Below, piece by piece: positions 1-9,057 of a stretch of 64,000 bases of DNA. The stretch is taken from assembly GCA_038237845.1 (NCBI GenBank), contig JBBRYH010000002.1, forward strand, positions 51,384 to 115,383, read 5' to 3'. The DNA is from Bacteroidia bacterium (GTDB taxonomy: Bacteria; Bacteroidota; Bacteroidia; Palsa-965). Made by a program: the position numbers and the translations under genes. Position 1 is the first letter of the stretch. Each line of letters begins with the position of its first letter. Below the pieces are notes generated by a model. The model did no database searches, was not told the DNA's origin, and worked only from the letters and a program-made list of their open reading frames with translations.

Positions 1-253
1 CTATAAAACCAAAAATAATAGCGTATAAAATTGTAGTTAATAGCGGCTGAATCAAAACCCAAAGTGGTCCAAGTATTGATTGCTTATATAATGCTACAAA
101 ATCACGTCGCACCAAAAGCATAACTAAATCGCGATATTGCCACACACCTTTAAGATCAATGTTGTACCATTTATTCTTAGGTTTTAATATTATATCCCAG
201 CCTTCTTCTTCGGTGACAGTATCGACGGATGATGATGCAGTTGTACTATTCAT
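1..253 (-). CDS. ABC-2 type polysaccharide export permease (Wzm/RfbA-like), N-terminal part, truncated by window edge
   Basis: Not in ORF track. Translated by hand from ATG at 253: MNSTTASSSVDTVTEEEGWDIILKPKNKWYNIDLKGVWQYRDLVMLLVRRDFVALYKQSILGPLWVLIQPLLTT. The YRDL..LLVRRDF...YKQ.ILG.LW..IQPL pattern is typical of Wzm. Confidence 0.9.
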   Translation of the reverse strand, partial: MNSTTASSSVDTVTEEEGWDIILKPKNKWYNIDLKGVWQYRDLVMLLVRRDFVALYKQSILGPLWVLIQPLLTTILYAIIFGFI

Positions 254-283
254 TCGTATTTTCTAATGTGTATTCTGAAATGT

Positions 284-1639
284 TTAGGGATTTATAAATC
301 CAGCAAGTTCTTTTGCCTGTTGACGTAATTCACGAAGGGCAGTTGTTTCCCAAAGTGCGGATTTCCGCATTGGACCGATACACCACAATCCATTTTCCAA
401 ATTGCCTGAAGCATTTACAATCTTACCTTCCGCGGTGCAATTAATTCCAAGACCAAGTTCATCAGAAGTAACTTTACCTTGCTCCATTAAATTTTTTATA
501 ATTGGAAATTTTACTTTTCTATAATTCGATTCAGGGCCTGTACAATTAATTATTTTTTTAAATGTTCCAACCCTACTCTCATTCTCAAATTGATATTCAA
601 TTTCAATTCCATCTTTTGCAATTTTTGCTTTCGTAATGGATCCTTTGCCGATTTCAATTTGCCCCTCTTTTATTAGTTCATTTAAAACATTAAAAGATGC
701 ATTCGGAATACGATGTCTAGCAATTTCCCAAAAAGGTCGTAATCGTTTTAAAAAATATTTTCGCTCTTCAAGATTCCACTCTACCCAGATCCTTTGCGTT
801 AAAGGTCGTAGTCCATCAATTATAGAAGGCCACGGAATTTCCTTATTATTTTTTATAATTCCGCGAATCCAAAACCAAGTATCTCGAGGATGTAAATGTC
901 CCGGGTATTCAAGTTCAAATGGTTTTGAGGAAAGATCATGTGGCAATGGTAATCTACCTCTTCTCGAAATTAACTTCACTTTCCCTTGAAAGCCTCTCAT
1001 TTTTAATCCCAATACGACATCCACTGCTGTGAGTCCAGTGCCAACCAACAAAATATTTTCATCACCACTGATATTACTATAAATACGATCTAGCCAAGGC
1101 ATTGAAAAGTATCTTGGATCATTTTTTACGGGATGCCCATCTTCAAATAAATCTGCTGGTGGGAAATTCCCTAATGCTAAAATTACATGATCAGCACTTA
1201 ACAAAACTCCTGACTCTAAAGTAACCTGAAATCCGTCTTTGCTTTCTGTTAATAAAATCGCTTCATCAATTCGTATTTGCAAACGACCTTTATGTTGATG
1301 ATGAAAAAGTTCAAGATTTTCAATAATGTAATCGCCGTAAATTTTTCTTGGAACAAATGAATTTTTATTTATTTCTGGCAAAAGGTGATTATATCTAAAT
1401 TGATTTTCAAGAAGCCAATCTAAAAAATGTAATGGCTTTTCTTCGAACAGACTCATTCCACCAGCTACAACATTCAATGGTTGATGTGTAAAGTCATGAT
1501 GATATGCGACTCCACGGCCCAACTTTTCCGGATTACATTCCAGAAGAATAATTTCTGTTTCGGACGATTGTTGCAATAAATTCATAGCAACAAGAGTTCC
1601 TGATAAACCTCCTCCTACAATGACCACTTTTTTATTCAT
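284..1639 (-). CDS. FAD/NAD(P)-binding oxidoreductase (YdhS-like family)
   Basis: N-terminal GGGLSG Rossmann motif, GRGVAY, second dinucleotide motif GTGLTAVD, INCTGP, C-terminal LWETTA..ELR.QA. Confidence 0.85.
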   Translation of the reverse strand: MNKKVVIVGGGLSGTLVAMNLLQQSSETEIILLECNPEKLGRGVAYHHDFTHQPLNVVAGGMSLFEEKPLHFLDWLLENQFRYNHLLPEINKNSFVPRKIYGDYIIENLELFHHQHKGRLQIRIDEAILLTESKDGFQVTLESGVLLSADHVILALGNFPPADLFEDGHPVKNDPRYFSMPWLDRIYSNISGDENILLVGTGLTAVDVVLGLKMRGFQGKVKLISRRGRLPLPHDLSSKPFELEYPGHLHPRDTWFWIRGIIKNNKEIPWPSIIDGLRPLTQRIWVEWNLEERKYFLKRLRPFWEIARHRIPNASFNVLNELIKEGQIEIGKGSITKAKIAKDGIEIEYQFENESRVGTFKKIINCTGPESNYRKVKFPIIKNLMEQGKVTSDELGLGINCTAEGKIVNASGNLENGLWCIGPMRKSALWETTALRELRQQAKELAGFINP

Positions 1640-1658
1640 AAATTTTTATGAATTGATA

Positions 1659-2183
1659 CTATTTTGAAATTTCTTTCTTTTTGATTCCAGACAAAGCCAC
1701 TTTGAGTCGAAAGTTTTTTGCCATAGCATCGAAAGTTACAATGACAAAATTTTCTCCAACGAATTTTTCAATGTTAGCAGTAAAAGCTTTGAATTCACTT
1801 AATTTAAATTCTATTCGGTCTCCAATTTTTAATTCTTGCTCATCCACATCATCCAAAATAAATCCATGTTCAACAAAATATTTCAATCCCTCCATTTCCT
1901 CTTCTCTTATAATTGCTGGCTGGCCATTAAATCGCACATAATTTAATACCCCATTTTCATAACGAGGCTTATCCATTTCCTCCTTAGCAAGAAAAACAAA
2001 AACATATCCACTAATCAAGGGAGATTCAACTTTTTTTTTTCGGTCGCTCCATTGGCTCACTTTTTTTACGATCGGCAAATAACACTCAATGCCAGTCTCT
2101 TTAAATCGCTGACAAATTCTCTTTTCGTGCCTCACATTAACATAAAGCGCGAACCAATTTTTTATATTTTTATTCGTGACCAT
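1659..2183 (-). CDS. upxY: UpxY family transcription antiterminator (NusG paralog)
   Basis: WFALYV...EK, ECYLP, QWSDRKKKVESPLISGYVFV NGN domain and KOW-like C-terminus; lies upstream of polysaccharide genes. Confidence 0.92.
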   Translation of the reverse strand: MVTNKNIKNWFALYVNVRHEKRICQRFKETGIECYLPIVKKVSQWSDRKKKVESPLISGYVFVFLAKEEMDKPRYENGVLNYVRFNGQPAIIREEEMEGLKYFVEHGFILDDVDEQELKIGDRIEFKLSEFKAFTANIEKFVGENFVIVTFDAMAKNFRLKVALSGIKKKEISK

Positions 2184-2184
2184 T

Positions 2185-2231
2185 TACAGCTTCGCCACCT
2201 CAGTCACATTTGTAAATGCCCGGCCAGTGGA
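2185..2231 (-). promoter_or_regulatory. candidate ops-like pause / UpxY recruitment element
   Basis: Minus strand reads CCACTGGCCGGGCATTTACAAATGTGACTGAGGTGGCGAAGCTGTAA-ATG: a GC-rich hairpin followed by a GCGAAGC mini-hairpin 5 nt before the upxY start. Confidence 0.55.
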
Positions 2232-2249
2232 AATTATTTTTATTAAATA

Positions 2250-2780
2250 CTATTTGCTCCAGAGTAACAGAGGATGCATTCCAGGCTCCTTTATTTTCTC
2301 CAATTCAAATTCATCACTTGTATAATGTACGTATCGAATTTTTTTGTGAATCTTCTTTTCGGCTTTTTCAATCAGTCCAATCAAAAATGTTTTATCAATC
2401 TCACCTACTAAAACCAAATCAATAATATCAGTATTCTGTCCTTTCGCTAATTTCCCAACGAGATAAACTTTTTTAAGATCTCCCATACGCTGGAGAATAT
2501 AGTCTATCACATGATCAAGCCCCATGAGCTTCATGACAATACTATTGATGTCATTAAAAAGCGGATGTTCTGCGTTGGCTTTAAATACTTTTTTATTCCC
2601 ATCAAGATGAGAATTAATAAAACCGGCTTTTTCGAACTTATTAAGTTCTAAACGAATTGCATTTGTGGATTCTCCAAACTCTTCTTCCAGCCCACGGAGA
2701 TAGGCAGTAGCTGAACTGTTGAGAAAAAATTTCAACAATAGCTTGATACGCGTTTTTGATGAAATTAAGGTTTCTATCAA
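2250..2780 (-). CDS. ArsR-like winged-helix regulator with C-terminal nucleotidyltransferase-like domain
   Basis: LISSKTRIKLLLKFF, YLRGL..EFGESTNAIRLELN (HTH); C-terminal VYLVGKLAKGQNTDIIDLVLVG resembles the G-S..D-x-D NTase motif. TTG start. Confidence 0.75.
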   Translation of the reverse strand: MIETLISSKTRIKLLLKFFLNSSATAYLRGLEEEFGESTNAIRLELNKFEKAGFINSHLDGNKKVFKANAEHPLFNDINSIVMKLMGLDHVIDYILQRMGDLKKVYLVGKLAKGQNTDIIDLVLVGEIDKTFLIGLIEKAEKKIHKKIRYVHYTSDEFELEKIKEPGMHPLLLWSK

Positions 2781-2784
2781 CTTC

Positions 2785-2808
2785 GAGTAGTTTATCTACT
2801 CAAAAATA
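2785..2808 (-). promoter_or_regulatory. palindromic operator GAGTAG-N5-CTACTC abutting a TAnnTTTG -7 promoter element
   Basis: Perfect 6-bp arms at 2785-2790 and 2796-2801. The minus-strand TATTTTTG lies at 2801-2808. The palindrome ends 4 nt before the start codon of the wHTH gene. Confidence 0.6.
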
Positions 2809-2960
2809 GATTTTTATTTTAACAAAAAAAACTGTTTTGGGATAAAACTTTCTGCTTTCCAAATGGAGTAAAAACTATCTATAAATACGCTTCAAAGGAT
2901 CAAAAACCGAATTTTTAAAAAGTTAACTTTATTGGACTTTTTCTGAGTTTTATTAACATA

Positions 2961-2991
2961 AATGGGCCAAAACAAACAGTTTTAGCCCATT
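2961..2991 (-). terminator. stem-loop / probable terminator after wzc
   Basis: Minus strand AATGGGCTAAAAC-TGTTT-GTTTTGGCCCATT forms a 13-bp stem with one G-U pair. Confidence 0.6.
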
Positions 2992-3011
2992 ATTGAATGT
3001 TTTTTACGATT

Positions 3012-5441
3012 CTAATTCTTACCCGGCGAGGATTTAGGTTTGGCTGAGGAGCCATAACCGCCACCATATCCACCACCACCATAACTGCCATAACCGCCAC
3101 CATAGGAACCATATCCTTTATAATTATATCCATATCGGTTATAATAGTATTTGGACTTCCGACGTTTGACACCATTTAAAATAAATCCAAAGTGAACGTC
3201 AGGATTCAAAGAAGCAATTTCATGAGCATTCTGAAGTGATTCTCTAGAAGCAAATCGGGTATTCAATACAAAAATCAAAATACTTGCTTCTCTTACAAGA
3301 ACGAAGGCATCAGAAATCAAACCAATAGGAGGAGTGTCAATGATTACATATTCATAGTGTGCTTTACAATATTCAAAAATATCCTTCATTGCTTTTGAAG
3401 TGACAAGTTCAGAAGGATTTGGAGGAAGTGGTCCTGAAAGAATAGTGTCTAGATTTTCAATCTGAGTTTTTACAATTACATCTTCTATCTTGTCTTTACC
3501 TATTGCAACAGTCGAAATTCCTTTTCCACTAGGAAGATTCAAGCCTTTTTGAACCCTTGGTTTATGCAAATCCAACTCGAGTAGGACTACTTTCTTTCCT
3601 GTTTTCGCAATAGCAGCGGAAAGGTTCAATGAACAGAAAGTTTTCCCTTCACCTGGATTATTAGAAGTAAGGACAATTACTTTCGCCTTTTCGTCGGTAC
3701 TCATATATTGCAAATTCGTCCGAACTGTCCGGAATGATTCTGCCATAGGCGATTTTGGATCGTGTTCAACTGCTAAAGAAAGTTCTTTCATCATCTTATC
3801 GAAAACAATATCACCAAGTATCGGCAACTCGGTTGAACTTTTTAACTCTTCAAAAGTTTCAATTCGATGGAACAATATGACACGAACAAAAACAAGAATA
3901 AATGCAAGAATTAATCCAACACCCAAAAAGGTATAAATGATTTTCTTTTCATCAGGACTTACAACTCCTACATTTCTTGGACGTTCAATTATTTTGACGT
4001 CAGGAATAATGGCCGCTTTTGAAATTATCGCATTCGCACGTTTTTGTAATAGGAAAACAAACATATCCTGAAATGCTTTTTGACGACGCATAATATTTAA
4101 TAAACCGCGTTGTTTTAAAGGAAGCATTTGCAATTGGTCGTTGTAATATCCAATTTCTGTATTTACGCCTTCAATTTTTTCATTGATTGCTTTTCGAGAG
4201 TTCTTTATATAAATTAAGATATCTCTTTTGGTAGAATCGATCTGATTTCTAAGATTTTTTACGGCCTGATTTTGAGAGGTCCCGATTAGCAATACGGAAG
4301 ATAAAGCCTGGCGTTTATTATATAAATCATCCAATGTCGAAACTTGAAATTGATCATTCTCCAGAATATAAGCCGAAGGCGGAAGGAAAGTAGGATCTCT
4401 ATCTGCAATTACATAATTCTCCAAATCATCAAGTGATTTCTGCTGCAACTCAAGCGCCTTTTTATTTCCTTCATAACCACTGTATCGATCAAAATATTGG
4501 CCTGCCTGTCGATCTAAATCAATGACAGAATTTTTTTCCCGAAATTGTTGAAGGGTATCTTCAATATTATCTAGAATATTACTTACGTCTTCTAACTGTC
4601 GATCAATAAAAAACAAGGTGCTTTTATTGATTTCCAATTTAGAAATAAGTGAATTCTCCATATATACAGAAGCAAGCGTATCCAGAAACTTTGTGCTTCT
4701 TTCAGGCAAAACATCCTGAGAAGTTAATTTTAAAACATTTGTATAATCAGGATTCTCAACTGAAAGATGATCTAAAAATAATTTTGTGAGGTCTGCCAAT
4801 CGATGAGGCTGGATAAGGTAGTTGGCCATATTCGGACCAGTAATTGCACTTCCAATTACGTTACTCTTTTTAGACACCAGAATTCTCATTTGAGGATTTT
4901 CCAATTCTTCATTAAATTTTCCGTCGACTTTAGTTTCTTTTCCATCAAAAAGGAAAGTCAACTCATAATCATTTTTCGAAACAATTCTGAACTTCATCTT
5001 TTGTTCATAGAGGGAATTGTTCAGGACAAATATTTTTATGGAAAACGGCACACCGGAGTAAACCTCTGTTGTTCTAATACGTCCAACGAGAAAGTAAGAA
5101 ACGTCAAAGTCAAGTTTTAAAAGTGCTTTTTCAATTAAATCCTGAGATCTTAAAACCCGTATTTCATTCGAATTATCAACAAATGTTTTATATGAATTTC
5201 CATAATATTTTGTGTTTTCAGAAATTACACTTCCAGGATTATAGTCATCATTCGACTCTAACAACAAAGAACTACTGGAAGCATATATCTTATCCAATTT
5301 ATAGACATAAAATACGCCGATTGTATATGCAATTGCTCCAAACAATACCACAATCCACCAGTTCTTACGAACTATTGGAAGGATTTTTGCGAGGTCGTTC
5401 AGAGAAAAACCACCTTTGGGTGCTACAACTTTGTTCTTCAT
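3012..5441 (-). CDS. wzc: polysaccharide co-polymerase / BY-kinase (Wzc/GumC family)
   Basis: Two TM segments flanking a coiled-coil periplasmic region, Walker A SNNPGEGKT, A' ELDLHKP, Walker B VIIDTPP, and a C-terminal Tyr/Gly cluster. Confidence 0.93.
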   Translation of the reverse strand: MKNKVVAPKGGFSLNDLAKILPIVRKNWWIVVLFGAIAYTIGVFYVYKLDKIYASSSSLLLESNDDYNPGSVISENTKYYGNSYKTFVDNSNEIRVLRSQDLIEKALLKLDFDVSYFLVGRIRTTEVYSGVPFSIKIFVLNNSLYEQKMKFRIVSKNDYELTFLFDGKETKVDGKFNEELENPQMRILVSKKSNVIGSAITGPNMANYLIQPHRLADLTKLFLDHLSVENPDYTNVLKLTSQDVLPERSTKFLDTLASVYMENSLISKLEINKSTLFFIDRQLEDVSNILDNIEDTLQQFREKNSVIDLDRQAGQYFDRYSGYEGNKKALELQQKSLDDLENYVIADRDPTFLPPSAYILENDQFQVSTLDDLYNKRQALSSVLLIGTSQNQAVKNLRNQIDSTKRDILIYIKNSRKAINEKIEGVNTEIGYYNDQLQMLPLKQRGLLNIMRRQKAFQDMFVFLLQKRANAIISKAAIIPDVKIIERPRNVGVVSPDEKKIIYTFLGVGLILAFILVFVRVILFHRIETFEELKSSTELPILGDIVFDKMMKELSLAVEHDPKSPMAESFRTVRTNLQYMSTDEKAKVIVLTSNNPGEGKTFCSLNLSAAIAKTGKKVVLLELDLHKPRVQKGLNLPSGKGISTVAIGKDKIEDVIVKTQIENLDTILSGPLPPNPSELVTSKAMKDIFEYCKAHYEYVIIDTPPIGLISDAFVLVREASILIFVLNTRFASRESLQNAHEIASLNPDVHFGFILNGVKRRKSKYYYNRYGYNYKGYGSYGGGYGSYGGGGYGGGYGSSAKPKSSPGKN

Positions 5442-5848
5442 TTCGAAGGGCTAAATTACCAATAAAGAAAGACAGTTAAGTATATTTTTTTGGAATGTAT
5501 TGCCATCAAAACCTCCAATACTTAAGTTCCGACAAAATTGAACGAATTATAAATGCAAAAGTTGGTGATTTTATTCATTCGGACATAATACATGCGAAAA
5601 GCACTTTTTGATCATTTTGCGACATAAAAACTTACAATTTTTGAATTTATGTAGACAGTTTTCATCATTTACATCGTCAAATCTAGTCGGCTATTTACCA
5701 AATTTGAAAATGTTCATATCTATCCAAAAACAAAACGAACAATTCTTAATAATTCTCGTAAAATATATTGTTTAATTACCCCCTTTGCCCCACAATTTTG
5801 AGATATAATAATCTGACCTAAACCTATGGTAATTCCCTATTTATGGGT

Positions 5849-5856
5849 TATCTTTG
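5849..5856 (+). promoter_or_regulatory. Bacteroidota primary-sigma -7 element (TATCTTTG)
   Basis: Exact TAnnTTTG about 70 nt upstream of the ATG at 5927. Confidence 0.55.
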
Positions 5857-5926
5857 AAGTCTAACCATTAACGCCAGCATTGTAAATCAATTTGGAGATT
5901 TGCATTCACATCAAAAAGTTTTGACC

Positions 5927-8900
5927 ATGAAAAAAGCTACATATATTTTCGTAACCTGCCTCTTCATTTCATTGAGTTCGCGTGCAGGTGTTTTCACTTC
6001 TGTCGTTTCTGGCAATTACGGTTCATCAGGTACCTGGACTTTTACTGGTGCTGACGCGGATGGAATTCCGGATTCCGATGATGATGTTACCATTGCTGGT
6101 CCGCATACTATAACGCTTACAGCAGCTTCGAATGCAAAAACACTTGTAATTAATCCTACAGGAACCATTAATTTAAACAATACCCAGATGTCAGTTTGGG
6201 GAAGTTTTACAAATAATGGCAGTTCGACAGGTTTAGGAAGTTGGATTTTTCGTGGCTTTGGCACTTATTCTGGAAATCCAATTAATAATACAGGTGCGAT
6301 TTTCTTTTTCTCCAGTTATATTATTGCTCCAGGAGTAAATCTTTTTAAGAATGGAAGTATTACGGTTTCAAGTTTTTCCATTGTATCTAATAGAGGTTCT
6401 GTTAATCTTTTTGCAAATGGTCAAATGAACATTAATGCGAATGGAAAATGGATTAATGCTGCAGGTTCCAATTTGACATTATCTTTTAACCCTGTAATTA
6501 CCGGCATCCTTGATGCATCTGCAAACGCAAATACAGTAACCTATTCTACTGCTGGTTATAACCAGGTGCAAGCAATCAATTGTACCTATTACAATTTGAA
6601 TATTAACTCATCAGTTGTTGCAACAAAATCACTTACGGCGGCAATAAATATTTTGAATAACCTTACAATTGCACCATTAGTTACCTTGAATTGTGCAAAT
6701 AATAATATTAATCTTGGTGGGAATTGGAATAATGCTGCAAATACAAACTGTATGAATCTGGCTTCGGTCAATTTCACTGGCAGTGGAATTCAGACAATAA
6801 CTCGTACTGCTACAGAACAATTTAAGGATGTAAACTTAATGGGCACTGGTAGCGTAAAGTTAATGACCGATGTAAATATTTCTGGAACCAGTACACTAAC
6901 AAGCGGTACGCTTGATCCTAATACTTTTGTTTATCATCAAAAAGGTGTTTCCTGGTTAGGTAACGGTGGTGCATGTAATACAGCAAGTGCCGGAATTGTA
7001 ATGTTTGATGGTTTGCAAAATCAAACTTTAGGTGGAACCGTTGGAACAACATTTGGAAACCTGACCATCAACAATCCTGGATTTACTGTTACTTGTATAA
7101 CAACACAAACAGGTAGTGCTACTACTATTTTGAAAGCAGGGACATTTGATCCGGGCACAGTGGTGTTCCATCAAAAAGGAGCATTGTGGAATGCAAACGG
7201 AGGAACATTAAGTAACGTCTCAAGTGGTTCAATTACTTTCGATGGTACGGTTCCACAGTCAATCGGAGGAACTGTTGGTACATCATTTGGAAATATCATT
7301 ATCAATAGCACATCTACTGTTTCGCTTGCAAGAATTTTGGATGTAGCACAAACCTTAACCCTCCAAAGTGGGACGCTAGATGTTTCAGCAAGTTTTTTTG
7401 ATATTAATCTGTCAGGAAATTTTGTAAATAACGGAGGAACTTTAAATGCACAGAGTGGAACTGTTTATTTCACGGATATCGCACTTGCTGCACAAACTGT
7501 TAGTGGTACTGGTTCCACAAACTTTTTCAATATCACTTCTAATAATGTTACAGGTGGTGTTACAGTTACCTCTTCCATTATGAGAATTTCTGGTGTTTTA
7601 CAAATCAACACAATGAATTTTGGAACTAGTGGAACTGGAAAAATAAATTTAATAGCACCAAACGCAACTTCAACAGGAAAAATCGGTCCAGTACCTGCAG
7701 CTTCTTCACTTACAGGAACAGGTTGGAGCGTATTTTCATATATAAATGGTCCAGCAACTGCATACTGGCAATATTTGGGAACACCGATAAGTAATACGAC
7801 ACTTGCAGATTGGGATACGGATACTCGTTTTTATATGTCGGGTGTTGGTGGAAACGACGGAAATGCATGTTGTCCTATTTTCTATTCTGTTAGAACTTAT
7901 AGTCCAACAACAAATACATATACGAACGTTACTACTACAACAACAAGTCTTATAAAGGGTCGTGGTTATATGGTTTGGATGGCTGATAACTTACAATCAT
8001 TAACTGGCCCACTTCAATTTGATACTAAGGGCACACCGAATTTTGGAACTGTTAATCGTGCAGTTACTGCTGGCGGACCTGGTGCAGGATATAATTTGGT
8101 TAGTAATCCTTATGCATGTCCAATTACATATGCTAATGTTGTTGCTGCTTCCTCAGCTTCTTTAAATGCAAATTTTTTAATTCTCCAGGAGAACGGAAGT
8201 TATGTAACTAATCCAAATAGCGGAACAATTGCAGCTGCTCAAGGCTTCATGTGTATTGCTGGTGCAAACGGCAACATTACTTTTACGGAGAGTTGTAAAA
8301 ATGTTTTTGGTACTCCAAATATCATTAGACAAGCACAACCAACTGATTTCATTAGAATAGCTTCTGGTAACGGAACAAATGGACTTGGTGGAGAAACAGA
8401 AATTAAATTTACTTCTGATGCTCATAATGGAAAAGATTTCAATTCAGATATGCCTTTTCTAGCTAGTCCATATGATGATGCAACTAATATTTATACAACT
8501 GACAACGATGGACAGAACCTTTTATTAAATGCATTAGATGCTAATCAGGATGTTCTTGAAATTCCAATGTCTGTTTTATCAGGTACTCCTGGCAGTCAGC
8601 TTTTATCTTTCAAAGGAATCAATGGATTATCTGCCTATAGTTGTGCAACTTTGATTGATGTTACCTCTGGCGAAAAAACAGATTTACGTGCACATGATAC
8701 TTATTCCTTTAATGCAAATGGAGCTGGCGAAAAACATGATTTCATTTTACGCTTTGAGCGCGATGGAAATTGTCCTTTGAATGAACAAGGCATTGCAGCT
8801 TCTTTAGATGCTTCAACCAGAGTGTTTACAAACAATGGAAACATTCTTGTACAATTTGGATTTGAAGATCTAACTGATGTCGTGGTTACTGTTTTAAATG

Positions 8901-9043
8901 TTGCGGGACAGGAAGTATCAATTCCAAAAGGAATGACAGTTTCAAATGAAACTATTGCACTTGACAGTCCTGGTGCGCATGGTATTTATCTTGTTAAGAT
9001 TGCAAAAGGTGATGAAATTGTCACAAAGAAAATTTACTACTGA
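5927..9043 (+). CDS. large T9SS-secreted adhesin-like protein with beta-helix-like repeats
   Basis: Signal peptide MKKATYIFVTCLFISLSSRA from ATG 5927; G/T/N/S-rich ~80-aa repeats (GTLDP....HQKG..W..NGG...FDG...Q..GGTVGT.FGN); C-terminal CTD ending GIYLVKI......TKKIYY. Confidence 0.85.
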   Translation: MKKATYIFVTCLFISLSSRAGVFTSVVSGNYGSSGTWTFTGADADGIPDSDDDVTIAGPHTITLTAASNAKTLVINPTGTINLNNTQMSVWGSFTNNGSSTGLGSWIFRGFGTYSGNPINNTGAIFFFSSYIIAPGVNLFKNGSITVSSFSIVSNRGSVNLFANGQMNINANGKWINAAGSNLTLSFNPVITGILDASANANTVTYSTAGYNQVQAINCTYYNLNINSSVVATKSLTAAINILNNLTIAPLVTLNCANNNINLGGNWNNAANTNCMNLASVNFTGSGIQTITRTATEQFKDVNLMGTGSVKLMTDVNISGTSTLTSGTLDPNTFVYHQKGVSWLGNGGACNTASAGIVMFDGLQNQTLGGTVGTTFGNLTINNPGFTVTCITTQTGSATTILKAGTFDPGTVVFHQKGALWNANGGTLSNVSSGSITFDGTVPQSIGGTVGTSFGNIIINSTSTVSLARILDVAQTLTLQSGTLDVSASFFDINLSGNFVNNGGTLNAQSGTVYFTDIALAAQTVSGTGSTNFFNITSNNVTGGVTVTSSIMRISGVLQINTMNFGTSGTGKINLIAPNATSTGKIGPVPAASSLTGTGWSVFSYINGPATAYWQYLGTPISNTTLADWDTDTRFYMSGVGGNDGNACCPIFYSVRTYSPTTNTYTNVTTTTTSLIKGRGYMVWMADNLQSLTGPLQFDTKGTPNFGTVNRAVTAGGPGAGYNLVSNPYACPITYANVVAASSASLNANFLILQENGSYVTNPNSGTIAAAQGFMCIAGANGNITFTESCKNVFGTPNIIRQAQPTDFIRIASGNGTNGLGGETEIKFTSDAHNGKDFNSDMPFLASPYDDATNIYTTDNDGQNLLLNALDANQDVLEIPMSVLSGTPGSQLLSFKGINGLSAYSCATLIDVTSGEKTDLRAHDTYSFNANGAGEKHDFILRFERDGNCPLNEQGIAASLDASTRVFTNNGNILVQFGFEDLTDVVVTVLNVAGQEVSIPKGMTVSNETIALDSPGAHGIYLVKIAKGDEIVTKKIYY

Positions 9044-9057
9044 AATTGAATCTGCAA

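Noticed and set aside
2828-2983. 10-bp inverted repeat AAAACTGTTT / AAACAGTTTT as a possible invertible promoter for the upxY locus
   Set aside because: Low complexity, one arm is part of the wzc terminator hairpin, the candidate -7 element lies outside the repeats, and no recombinase gene is nearby.
2990-3175. 61-aa ORF with MVAVMA repeats
   Set aside because: Alternate-frame reading of the Wzc Gly/Tyr tail.
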